In this document: positions 10,171 to 19,844 of the stretch, in pieces
Numbering within the stretch: the stretch's first letter is position 1
How the letters are laid out: every line of letters starts with the position of its first letter
Source of the DNA: a virus
DNA: 64,000 bases
Direction: 5' to 3' (one strand)
IMG/VR virus record: IMGVR_UViG_3300049489_000707
Coordinates: 86,726 to 150,725 of that record
The notes under the pieces: model-generated
The model's database searches: none
What the model was told of the DNA's origin: nothing
The model's input: only the letters and a program-made list of their open reading frames with translations
Program-made: the position numbers and the translations under genes

Positions 10171-10943
10171 GTCACGACAGCTTGGGCGACCGCATGAAGG
10201 GCTACGAGGACGTCTCGCGGGTTCGATTGACCACGAAGCTCCCCGTCATCATCCGCCTGGACGGAAAGGCGTTCCACACCTACACGAGAGGCCTCAAGAG
10301 GCCCTACGACCAGAACCTCATGGAGGTGATGAATCTCACCACCAAGTACCTCTGCAACCAGATTCAGAATGTGAAGCTGGCCTACACCCAGAGCGACGAA
10401 ATCAGCCTGCTCCTGGTAGACTACGGTGACATCAAGACCAGCTCCTGGTTCGATGGCAACCTGCAGAAGATGGTCTCGGTGGCCGCCGGCCTGGCCTCGT
10501 CCTTCCTGACAGCTCGAAGCCCCGACATCTTCCACGAGATTCGCCTGGCGACCTTCGACGCTCGGGCCTTCATCTTGCCCCAGCATGAGGTCTGCAACTA
10601 CTTCATCTGGCGCCAGCAGGACTGGAACCGAAACAGCCTCTCCATGCTCGCCCAGAGCCTCTACAGCCACAAGGAGCTGCAGAACAAGGGTCGAGGCGAC
10701 CAGCACGAGATGTGCTTCCAGAAGGGCTACAACTGGGCCGACCTCAGCTCCCACCTGAAGGATGGGCGGGTGGTCATCAAGCGCCAGGTCGAGAAGGAGT
10801 TCGCCAACGAGTTTCTGCCGGGGCAGCCCCCGGGTACCCGGGAAATCGGCACCGTCCTTCGCAGCGAGTGGTACATCCCCGAGGAGACCCCCGTGTTCAC
10901 GGCTGACCGCGAGTTCGTCGAGAGGCTTGTGAGGCCGGCATGA
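10167..10943 (+). CDS. thg1: tRNA(His) guanylyltransferase Thg1-like protein (3'-5' polymerase)
   Basis: LGDRMKGYE, IIRLDGKAFH, YTQSDEISLL, FDARAF, YFIWRQQD motifs. Confidence 0.95.
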   Translation: MSHDSLGDRMKGYEDVSRVRLTTKLPVIIRLDGKAFHTYTRGLKRPYDQNLMEVMNLTTKYLCNQIQNVKLAYTQSDEISLLLVDYGDIKTSSWFDGNLQKMVSVAAGLASSFLTARSPDIFHEIRLATFDARAFILPQHEVCNYFIWRQQDWNRNSLSMLAQSLYSHKELQNKGRGDQHEMCFQKGYNWADLSSHLKDGRVVIKRQVEKEFANEFLPGQPPGTREIGTVLRSEWYIPEETPVFTADREFVERLVRPA

Positions 10944-11179
10944 GCACCACCAGAGACGAGCTGAGGGACCGTGTGGACAGGATGTATGGGCAGCTCAAGG
11001 ACTACGGCCTTCGTGAGAACTACGGTCTCAATGAGATCAAGGGAATTGCCATCCAGCGGGTTCGTGAGGAGCTGGAGGCGGAGATAGAGAGCCTCATCAC
11101 TCGGTGGCCCGAAACTGGCGGGACCTACCTGTCACTAGCTACCGCCCGCCTGGCCCTCTTCAACTCGATGTACCGATAG
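10940..11179 (+). CDS. Hypothetical protein (79 aa)
   Basis: ATGA overlap with thg1. Confidence 0.65.
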   Translation: MSTTRDELRDRVDRMYGQLKDYGLRENYGLNEIKGIAIQRVREELEAEIESLITRWPETGGTYLSLATARLALFNSMYR

Positions 11180-11183
11180 GCGC

Positions 11184-11212
11184 TTGACAGCCAGAAAGAC
11201 ATGCTGTAGAAC
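11184..11212 (+). promoter_or_regulatory. Early promoter (leaderless)
   Basis: TTGACA-17-TAGAAC, ATG 6 nt downstream. Confidence 0.85.
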
Positions 11213-11218
11213 ACTCCC

Positions 11219-11662
11219 ATGTCCAACGAAACCGCCACCGAGACCGCCGTCATCCAGGAGTTCAAGATTCCTGACGCCAACCTCCACAGCCTCAAGGAGC
11301 GCATCGAGAAGCTGTCGAAGAAGGCGGTCAAGCTGGTGGGTCAGCCTATCACCCTGACCGTGGTCAAGACCTTCGATGTCGAGCGCACCAAGCACGACTT
11401 CGCCACTGGCAAGCCCTTCGGCACCGGGGTGTTCGACCGCTTCCACACCGTGACCGTCTCGGGCCCCCGCCCCAAGCTGGCCGGCTGGACCTTCGCTGCG
11501 GCCCTGGACGTGGTCGATGTTGACGGTGAGCGGGCTGTCATGGTGCGCAACGCCCCTGGCGAGACCATTCCCTCGCACCTCCGCGAGCATGTCGAGGGCT
11601 GCGACCACTGCAACACCAGCCGCCGCCGCAAGACCCTGTACGTGCTGAGGAAGACGGAATGA
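11219..11662 (+). CDS. N-terminal half of a split Zn-finger/OB-fold phage protein (147 aa)
   Basis: IPDANLHSLKERIEKL, GWTFAAAL, CDHCNTSRRRKTLYVL; ends where the family normally continues into VGSxC. Confidence 0.7.
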   Translation: MSNETATETAVIQEFKIPDANLHSLKERIEKLSKKAVKLVGQPITLTVVKTFDVERTKHDFATGKPFGTGVFDRFHTVTVSGPRPKLAGWTFAAALDVVDVDGERAVMVRNAPGETIPSHLREHVEGCDHCNTSRRRKTLYVLRKTE

Positions 11663-12541
11663 CCGACAAGCCTGAGCCCAAATTCATCCATCTGGTGGTC
11701 TTCAGCGCCGACTACGAGGGCTACGGGTTCCCTGAGGCCGCCTTCTTGAAGGAGGCCGACGCTGATGCCCTGGCGTCCAAGCTGAACAGAGGGTACAGCC
11801 GCCGAAGTAGCAGATACGAGGTTCTTTCCGTGGAGATCAAAGATGGGCTGTGACATTCATCCGTACGTTGAAATCCGCATGGCCGATGGCACCTGGGTTG
11901 CGATGGACGCCCCTGAGAGGCTCGATGACCGCACCTACGGCCGCTTTGCCTTCCTGACGGGCGGTGCCGTGCGGAACTACTCTGGCGTGCCCAAGGTGCT
12001 CCCAGAGCCCCGTGGCTACCCCGAGGACGGCTCCGATGTCACCAAGGCCCGCATCAAGGGGCTCGTGGACGACTACTACGGTGGGGACTACGGCAACCAC
12101 AGCGCCTCCTACTTGACGCTCACCGAGCTTCTGGCGGTCGACTACAACCAGAAGTTCGTGGACATGCGTCCAGGCTACCTGGGCCAGAAAGACTTCGTAC
12201 CAGGTGAGCCCATCACACTCCTGGAGTTCCTGGGCGAGGGCTGGGCTGACATCCTGAAGGAGCTGGTCGACATGACCATGCCCGGAAGCCCTGACGGTTT
12301 GCGCATCGTGTTTGACTTTGACAGCTAAGGAGCAGTCATGAGCCGATACCGGATGTCGATTCAGAAGCGCCTCAACAGCAGTGACCTGACCTACGCGACC
12401 TTGTACGACCTGGCCAGGCCTGAGGGCCAGCAAATCTGCATGACAGGCCCGGTCGATGATGTCGCCGACCTGCTGTTCAGGCTGATACAAGTCCCTGAAT
12501 GCACTCTGGAATGTACCCAGGAGCCGGAAATCGTCAACTAG
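11659..12541 (+). CDS. Three ORFs inserted between the split-gene halves (11659-11853, 11843-12328 MGCDIH-type, 12338-12541)
   Basis: Coupled ORFs; MGCDIH N-terminus is a recurrent uncharacterised phage family. Confidence 0.7.
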
Positions 12542-12544
12542 CGC

Positions 12545-12573
12545 TTGACAGTCGGGAAGGCGTCCTGTAGAAC
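12545..12573 (+). promoter_or_regulatory. Early promoter (leaderless)
   Basis: TTGACA-17-TAGAAC, ATG 7 nt downstream. Confidence 0.85.
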
Positions 12574-12580
12574 ACCACTC

Positions 12581-13543
12581 ATGAACGCAACCAACCCCGA
12601 GTTCAAGGTCGTCGGCAGCAACTGCCTCGCAGACTTCCTCGGTCACGCCAACCCCGAGAACGTCGCCAAGCTGTTCGAGTACCTGGCCGACGCCGTTCAG
12701 GCCGGCGAGGAGTCGGAAGGCGGCTTCGGTGGTGGCAGCTTCACCCACTTCGGCCTGGAGAACTACCTGGGCTACGTCGCTGCGGTCATCCGCGTCGATG
12801 GCTGGATGTCCCGCACCAACGCCCGCAAGTACAACGACGCTGGTGGCTCCACCAACGCCACTGCCGACACCGCCTGGGGCGTCATGATGGCCGTCGCCAC
12901 CGGCAAGACCCGCGACATCAACCCCAAGTACATCCCCACCAAGGAAGACTTCGCCCGTGGCACCAGCTGCAAGGAGTACATGCAGGTCTTCATGGACGGC
13001 GAGATGGAGAAGGGCGAGCTGAACGACTACCTCTACAACCTCAACATCGTCTGCCGCATGGGCGCCATCGACTTCAAGACCTCGGGCATCGCGGCCAGCA
13101 TCATCGCCACCGCCACCCGCGAGCAGGGCAAGGAAATCGAGCGCAAGAAGTTCTCGAACCTGAAGGAGACCTCGAAGTTCTTCGCCACCGAGGGCGACAA
13201 GGTGGTGGTGAAGGCCACCCTCATGATGTCCCGTGAAATCGAGGGCAACTACGGCTGCACCACCATGATGAAGTTCGTCTCTGAGGCCGGCAACGCCCTC
13301 ACCTGGTTCGCCTCGGGGTCCTTCGCTGAGGGCACCTGGGTCATCGGCAGCGAGTACATCCTGGCCGGCACGGTCAAGAAGAACGAAGAGTACCAGGGCC
13401 TGAAGCAGACGGTCCTCACCCGCTGCAACGCGGTCACCCAGGAGTGGGTGGACGCTGAGAAGGCGAAGGCGGAGAAGAAGGCCGCCCGCGCTGCGAAGAA
13501 GGCCGCGAAGCTGGCGGCCGTTGACAGCAAGACTTCACCGTAG
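12581..13543 (+). CDS. C-terminal half of split protein with OB-fold (320 aa; true start ATG 12581)
   Basis: EFKVVGSNCLADFLG at N-terminus; C-terminal YGCTTMMKF...GNALTWFAS...GTVKKNEEYQGLKQTVLTRC OB-fold motif; own promoter. Confidence 0.75.
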   Translation: MNATNPEFKVVGSNCLADFLGHANPENVAKLFEYLADAVQAGEESEGGFGGGSFTHFGLENYLGYVAAVIRVDGWMSRTNARKYNDAGGSTNATADTAWGVMMAVATGKTRDINPKYIPTKEDFARGTSCKEYMQVFMDGEMEKGELNDYLYNLNIVCRMGAIDFKTSGIAASIIATATREQGKEIERKKFSNLKETSKFFATEGDKVVVKATLMMSREIEGNYGCTTMMKFVSEAGNALTWFASGSFAEGTWVIGSEYILAGTVKKNEEYQGLKQTVLTRCNAVTQEWVDAEKAKAEKKAARAAKKAAKLAAVDSKTSP

Positions 13544-13549
13544 TACAAC
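13521..13549 (+). promoter_or_regulatory. Early promoter (leadered)
   Basis: TTGACA-17-TACAAC, SD-led ATG at 13584. Confidence 0.75.
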
Positions 13550-13583
13550 CGTAGTGTCGTACCAACCACCCACAAGGAAACAA

Positions 13584-13814
13584 ATGGCTACCTCAAACAC
13601 CCTGAAGTCCCGCATCACCCGTCTTCTCCCTGCCTACAGCGAGGGAACGACCGTCACGGTCAAGCAGCTCGTGGCACGGCTCAACCGTTCCACCGCCAAC
13701 CCGCCGGTGGCCAACGCGACCGTGCGTGGCCGTCTCAGCGAGCTGGTCGCTGCTGGTGTCGCGAACAGCGAGGAACGCAGCTCGGGCGTCACTGGCTTCT
13801 ACTCGGCGACCTAA
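13584..13814 (+). CDS. Small winged-HTH-like DNA-binding protein (76 aa)
   Basis: TVKQLVARL...NATVRGRLSELVAAG pattern; AAGGA SD. Confidence 0.55.
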   Translation: MATSNTLKSRITRLLPAYSEGTTVTVKQLVARLNRSTANPPVANATVRGRLSELVAAGVANSEERSSGVTGFYSAT

Positions 13815-13816
13815 CC

Positions 13817-14923
13817 ATGAGCAAACTTCAGACTGCACTCAGGTCGGGGGCTGAGACCCTGGACTCACTGGCCACGAAGTACGCCATCAAGGTGAAGCCG
13901 CACCCTCGGTTTCCCAACCTGGTGCAGCTGAAGTACAATCAGATCGACTCGCCGATGGGCGATCCGCTGGTTCAGGAGTGCCGAGGTATCATCTTCGACA
14001 CCACCGACTGGCGGATCGTCGCACGGCCGTTCGACAAGTTCTTCAACCAGGGCGAAGGGCACGCTGCTCCCATCGACTGGAAGACCGCTCGGGTCCAAGA
14101 GAAGCTGGACGGCTCTCTGATGATTCTGTACCACCATGACGGAGCCTGGCACGTGGCCAGCTCGGGCACCCCTGATGCCGGCGGTGAGGTGAACAATGCA
14201 CCCGGCACCACTTTCGCCCAGCTCTTCTGGAACACGTGGGACAACCACATGTGGTACGACCCTGCCGACCTGCAGCCCGACCTGACCTACATGTTCGAGC
14301 TGCAGACCAAGTACAACCGCGTGGTGGTCAATCACCCGGAACCCAAGCTCGTCCTCATTGGGGTGCGCAACAGGATCTCGGGCGAAGAGTACCCCAGCTC
14401 CACCTTTGATGGCCTGTTCCAGGTGGTGCGTGAGTTCCCGATGCACACCCTCGACCAGGTCATGGCCTCGATGGAGCACTTCTCGGGCCTGGAGCAGGAA
14501 GGCTATGTGGTGGTCGACGACCACTTCCGCCGCGTGAAAATCAAGCACCCCGCCTACCTCGCCGCCCACCACATGGTCGGCAGCCTGAGCCAGAAGCGTC
14601 TGCTGGAAATCGTGCGCCAAGGGGAGACGCCGGAGATTCTGGCCTACTTCCCCGAGTGGACCGTCGAGGCCAATGCCCTGCGAGTCAAGTACGAGGACTT
14701 CGTCACCGAGGCCTGCATTGAGTACCAGAAGGTCCGGGACATCCCGGTGCAGAAGGACTTCGCCCTGGCCATCAAGGACTCGCGCCACCGGTCGGCGATG
14801 TTCACTCTGCGAGCTGGTAAGGTGGCGAATCTGGGCGAGTTCTATAGAGGCTTGCGCCTGGAATCGCTCTGTGAGATGCTGGGGCTCAAGAAGGAGGAGG
14901 CAGATGAGCAAGTCGAAGTTTAA
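13817..14923 (+). CDS. rnl1: RNA ligase, T4 Rnl1 family (368 aa)
   Basis: ECRGIIFD, RPFDKFFN, motif I EKLDGSL, FEL, EGYVV, VKIK. Confidence 0.9.
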   Translation: MSKLQTALRSGAETLDSLATKYAIKVKPHPRFPNLVQLKYNQIDSPMGDPLVQECRGIIFDTTDWRIVARPFDKFFNQGEGHAAPIDWKTARVQEKLDGSLMILYHHDGAWHVASSGTPDAGGEVNNAPGTTFAQLFWNTWDNHMWYDPADLQPDLTYMFELQTKYNRVVVNHPEPKLVLIGVRNRISGEEYPSSTFDGLFQVVREFPMHTLDQVMASMEHFSGLEQEGYVVVDDHFRRVKIKHPAYLAAHHMVGSLSQKRLLEIVRQGETPEILAYFPEWTVEANALRVKYEDFVTEACIEYQKVRDIPVQKDFALAIKDSRHRSAMFTLRAGKVANLGEFYRGLRLESLCEMLGLKKEEADEQVEV

Positions 14924-17672
14924 GCTCGACGGGAAGTTCGACCAGGCCGATGGGGTGACTGTGACCATCGACCGTGGCTCCCGCACTTTCGCGGTACGGC
15001 CCAGCCGCCGACGCCGGGAGTACGTGCTCCCCTTGCGAGAGGTGGCCGAGATGGTCTTCTTCCGCATCGTGAAGGCTGAGGCAAACCTGAAGTTGGCAAC
15101 CCGAAAGCGGAGGCGCTAGTGGCCCTGGACGAAAGCTGGCAGCGGTACCCCGAGGCCCGTATCCGCATGCGGGAGCAGGACCTGGCCATCCTCATCAAAG
15201 CCCTCAGCAAGGGCGGTGTCTTCATCAGCGGCCAGCCCAGGGTCAGCCTTCTGGAAGACGGCGTCTACATTCAGTTCAGCACCAACGCGGGCACCTATGG
15301 GAAGTTGATCGCGTTGCCAATCGACGTTTTCATCCCATGCGAGGTACCACGTGAGCCAGCTGAAGAAGCACCAATTCCAGAAGATCAACCCCAGGAGACA
15401 CCATGAGTAGTGGGCTCTCCGAGGATATCGAGATGCAGCTCAAGACCCAGGGTGTGGCCAGCTACAAGGTCGACGACGGCGAGGTCTTCGTCTTCCCGAC
15501 CGCCACCCTGGAGAAGCTACTGGAAGCAAGCAAGAAAGAAGGCAAGGTCATCGTGTTCGTCAAGACGAGGCCAGGCGCATGAAGTTCACCATCACGATGA
15601 AAGACCCGGACGGCTTCTATGAGTCGGTGATGGACGCAATCACCGAAGACGTGCGGGGGATCCAAGACCCGGACGAGCGAGAAGCCGTGCGTCAGGTGCG
15701 TGAAGAGAAGACTCACGCGCTCCTCAAGCGCTGGTTCGAGTACGCCGAGTACCTGACCGTCGAGATCGACACGGTGGCGGAGACCTGCACTGTGGTGACG
15801 AGGAAGCGATGAGCATTGAGACCTGGGAAGAGAAGTACGAGCGGGAGGACCGGGAACGGGAAGCCGCTGCGCGCAAGGCCTGGGAGGCCTACAAGAAGCG
15901 CAAGCCCAGCTCCAAGGAGAGGTGGGGCAAGATTCGGGAGTTCACCTTCGATGAGGGCACGAAGGTAACCAGCAAGGCCGTGCTGACCAAGATGACGCGA
16001 TTCCGCTTCACTGAAGACGGCAAGCTGTACATGTCGAAGCTCACGAACGCTCACCAGCTCTTCCTTGTGGTCAATGGTCCCTTGGAGGGCAAGCGGATCG
16101 CCGACGACAACCCGGACTACCTGCTGTTCAATCGGAACGGCAGGCACGGCAAGGAAGTTCCCACATGCGTGTTGGTCCACAGGAGCGCGTTCAAATGAGA
16201 GCCGTCACTGTCAAGAAGCTACGCGAAATGCTCGCTAACGTCAGTGATGACGCCTTGCTCGTGGTGCCAGGGCAAGACCACAACTACCGCGTGGCCGACG
16301 TCCACGCCACGACTGCTATTCGCTCGAAGTATGGCCTTGAAGAGGACTTCAAGACCAACCTTGAGGAGTTCGAGACCCGCATCGAGGTTCTGCTGGTGAC
16401 TTGACAGCAGTCGACTGGCCCATGTACAACACGCACATGAACCTCCTCGCCCGCTGGACCGTCAAAGAGACGAACAAAGGAATTTCCGTGGTTTACGAGA
16501 ATCTCGAACGAGGCATCACCTTCGACTGCGGCATCTGCCGCAAGGACACTCTCCCCGAGCTTCTCCTGGAGTTCATCATGTCGGAGGGCGACCCAGGCGA
16601 CCTCGTGTACTGGGGCAATCAGCCGCCATTCCAGGTGATGGCGGGAGGTGTGGCATGAGCATGGTTCGAGCGCCAGTCGTCAACGGAGACCAGCTCCAGG
16701 CACTTCGCAGCCTGCTCAAGCTCGACTTCACCCGCTGCGTACGGAACACCCTGACAAAGGGCGGGGGCATCGCCCAGCAGTGTATGAGCATCCTCCAGCT
16801 CACCGAGCTTATGGAGCAGGCGGAGCAGCCCCTGATTGTCGTCGCAGCCATCATGCAGTTCAACGGCCTGCCCACAGCGATGCTTCCTCTCGACTCGGTG
16901 AGATTCAATCTCTTTACCCGGCTCCTGGACACCCCGCTGGGTACGTCCGACTTCCCAGGCCTCACTGAAGAGCAGCTGGAGCCAGTTCTCGCGCCCATGA
17001 GGGGCTACATCGAGGAATTGAAGAAGATCTTCGAGTCATCCGCGCATCTCGACGAAGAGGCTCTCCGGCAGCGAATGAAGACTTCCACCCCCAAGACCGG
17101 TATGATGAACTGATGGACCACAACTTGACAGTGACGGACCTTCGCAGCTTCTGCACTGTCTGCGGTGCCCGTGTAACTCTCGCAGCAGTCCTGGCCGGCA
17201 AAGTCGGGGGCTGCCCAGGTGTGGCCGTCCCAGGTACCAACATGAGGTACTATGGCGTGCAGAAGGTCGGTGTCCCCCGCAAGAATGTCCTCATCGACGA
17301 CCTGAGCGGCAAGTGTGAGTGCGGGGCCAAGAAGACGGGAATCAAAGACTACAAGCCGGGCCATAGCAGCTGGTGCCCAGTAAAGGAACCATGATTCAAT
17401 TCATCACGAGAAAGAGGAAGCCGGTCGTCGACTGGTGCTTCAGCTGTGGCAGGGCCTTCCTGCTCGTCAACGGCTGCGCCATCGTCATGGAGGGAGACAA
17501 ACTCCGCGACGACGACCTGGCGAAGGTGGGCGAGAAGCTCATTCGCAAGAAGTGGAAGGACGAGCCGGCCGTGCTCGCCAGCTACCGCCTCGATGAAGGC
17601 GGGCTGACCGTCTGGACCGAGGACCTCATCAAGTACGTGGCCGCCAAAGCCAACGGTGGGAAGCTCCCCTAA
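14904..17672 (+). CDS. Ten small coupled early ORFs (14904-15119, 15119-15406, 15403-15582, 15579-15812, 15809-16198, 16195-16404, 16437-16658, 16655-17113, 17113-17394, 17391-17672), unknown function
   Basis: ATGA/TGATG overlaps, SD motifs, codon bias. Confidence 0.7.
16401..16430 (+). promoter_or_regulatory. Early promoter (leaderless)
   Basis: TTGACA-18-TACAAC, ATG 6 nt downstream. Confidence 0.8.
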
Positions 17673-18184
17673 TGCCAGCGACGAAGTTCAGCGTCTACGC
17701 CGATGGGTCCTCGAACGGCAACAGCACCGGGGCCATTGGCTGGGGCTGGGTGGTCCTGATGGACGACAGAGTGCTCTGTGCGGGTTCTGGCGGGGCTCCA
17801 GTGGGCACAAACAATGTGGCCGAGCTGATGGGTGCCAGGGAGGGTCTGCGTGCCCTATTGAGCCACCCAGAGTTCGAGGCGATGGCTGGAAAGGTCTACA
17901 GCATCGAGCTGGTCAGCGACAGCCAGTACGTCCTGGGCCTGGCCAATGGGGCCTTCAGTGCCACCAAGAACGTCGCCCTGGCCACCCACGTAAGGGAGAT
18001 CTGCTCCAGGGCCATCGTTTCGACGCGCTGGGTCAGGGGTCACGACGGACATCCCATCAATGAGATGTGCGACAAGCTGGCGAAACATGGGAAGTACCAG
18101 TACGCGCCCCCGAAGAAGACCAATCGCGGGGCCAGGCGGCGACAGCGTCGAAAGCTTGTTGACAAGGACCCAACCGACCTGTAG
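17672..18184 (+). CDS. rnhA: Ribonuclease HI
   Basis: VYADGS, TNNVAELMG, LVSDSQYV, WVRGHDGHPINEMCDKLA. Confidence 0.92.
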   Translation: MPATKFSVYADGSSNGNSTGAIGWGWVVLMDDRVLCAGSGGAPVGTNNVAELMGAREGLRALLSHPEFEAMAGKVYSIELVSDSQYVLGLANGAFSATKNVALATHVREICSRAIVSTRWVRGHDGHPINEMCDKLAKHGKYQYAPPKKTNRGARRRQRRKLVDKDPTDL

Positions 18185-18187
18185 AGT
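18159..18187 (+). promoter_or_regulatory. Early promoter (leaderless)
   Basis: TTGACA-17-TAGAGT, ATG 7 nt downstream. Confidence 0.8.
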
Positions 18188-18194
18188 GCCTCCC

Positions 18195-19422
18195 ATGAAC
18201 GCAACCAACTGGGAAGTCGAAGCCGCCTCTGACGTCTACGACGCCGGGACCAACGAAGACGGTGAGATGATGGAAGGGCTCAGCTTCTACCTGGTCGCCA
18301 CGGCCCCTAACGGTCGTCGGTTCGTCCACAGCAAGCGCTTCAACTCCCCCTCGCGTAACCGGTTGGAGCAGGCCAAGTCGGACATCCGCTACCTCCTGGC
18401 TCGGGTGAAGGTCGCCCAGGCGATGGGCAACTGGGCTGGCCCGGTCGGCAACGCCCACTGGAACGAGGTCGATCCCGCGTACGGCTCCGAGGCCTACGCT
18501 GCGAACTGGGTGGCCATCGAGGCCGACCGGAAGGAACTGGAGAACCGATGAACACCGACGACTACCGAAACGCCCCAGACGGTCTGGGGCCACTGGCGAC
18601 TGAATGGAAGGACAAGCCCCACCGGCTAATCTACGACCTGGTCGCCGAAGTCGAGCGGCTGAGGGAGGCCGTCAAGTGGGGAGACAAATTTCTGCACGAG
18701 CGCGACGCGCTGAAGGTGGAGGTCGAGCGCTACAAGGCCATCCGTGATCGCGGTTACCCCAACAAGTCATGGGACACACTGATTCTGCAGTTGGGTGACG
18801 CCGAAAAAGAACGCAACGAGGCGCTTGCTGAGGTGGAGCGCCTACAGAAGCTTCTCTGGCTGCGCCATGACCCCAATCACTTCTCCATCCTGTACGGGGA
18901 CGACGGTGAGATGCAGTGTAGCGCGTGTTTGATTGACTTCAAGCGCATGGACGCCGAGAAAATCGAAGCCATCTGGCAAGACCGGGCGCTTCGCAAGTTG
19001 GCAGAGAAGCAAGCCAAGAACGACCAGCTGTTGGAGCAAATCAACAACTCGCCGAGAAGCGTCAAGCTGGTCTGCCAGGACTGCGGAGCCACCGACAACA
19101 CGGTCAAGGAAGGGTTCTGCCCGTTCGCTTCCGATGTTCACAACCGGGACGTTCCCGTGGTACTGTGCAGAGGCTGCTTCCGAGAAAGGGCCTACGACAT
19201 ATGAGCGCTCAGCCGACCAACGAGGAGTGCGCGGACATGTTCCGCGTCATGATGGGTGAGATGATGCGGATGCACCCGCACTACCTCAAGCTCAAGTACA
19301 AGTTCGAGGGGCTCCAGCGCCACCTCCAGAACAACCCGGGTGGCAGAAGGACCAAACCGGACATCGAGCTGATCCGCCACTACGTGAATGAGATGGCGGA
19401 AGAGTTCAGGAGCGCCGAATGA
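18195..19422 (+). CDS. Three early ORFs (18195-18551, 18548-19204 coiled coil + CxxC motifs, 19201-19422)
   Basis: Promoter-defined start at 18195; ATGA coupling. Confidence 0.7.
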
Positions 19423-19844
19423 AGAAGGTCATCATCATGCGAGGTGTGCCAGGCTCGGGCAAGACCACCTGGATCGCCAACAACGCCCCCGGGGCGGTGG
19501 TCTGCAGCGCCGACCACTTCTTTCAGAAGCCCGACGGCTACCACTTCGAGGCGGGCAAGCTGGGCGAAGCTCATCAGGCCTGCCAAATCAAATTCATGCT
19601 CAGCATGGGCGCACCGCTCATCGTGGTCGACAACTGCAACCTGACCGCCCGCGACATGCGGTACTACGTTGACATCGCCCTCGCCCACGGCTACGATGTG
19701 GAAATTCGCACCTTGACCACGCCTCCTGAGGTGGCAATGGCCAGGCAGCTTCACGGTGTACCTGCAGAGCACTACAAGAAGTTGATTCAACGTTTCAACA
19801 ATCCCCTGCCAGTCGAGTGGCAGCAATACGAGGTGAAGTCATGA
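19419..19844 (+). CDS. Polynucleotide kinase-like P-loop protein (AAA_33 type)
   Basis: IMRGVPGSGKTT, VCSAD, VDNCN, EVAMARQLHGVP. Confidence 0.85.
   Translation: MKKVIIMRGVPGSGKTTWIANNAPGAVVCSADHFFQKPDGYHFEAGKLGEAHQACQIKFMLSMGAPLIVVDNCNLTARDMRYYVDIALAHGYDVEIRTLTTPPEVAMARQLHGVPAEHYKKLIQRFNNPLPVEWQQYEVKS

Noticed and set aside
11663-12580. Group I intron or intein explaining the split gene
   Set aside because: Insert holds three ordinary coupled ORFs and a fresh promoter; no endonuclease, intein Cys/His-Asn ends or intron core seen
19669-19697. TTGACA-17-TACGAT inside the PNK gene
   Set aside because: Good spacing but no start codon at the usual distance; may be real but cannot be supported
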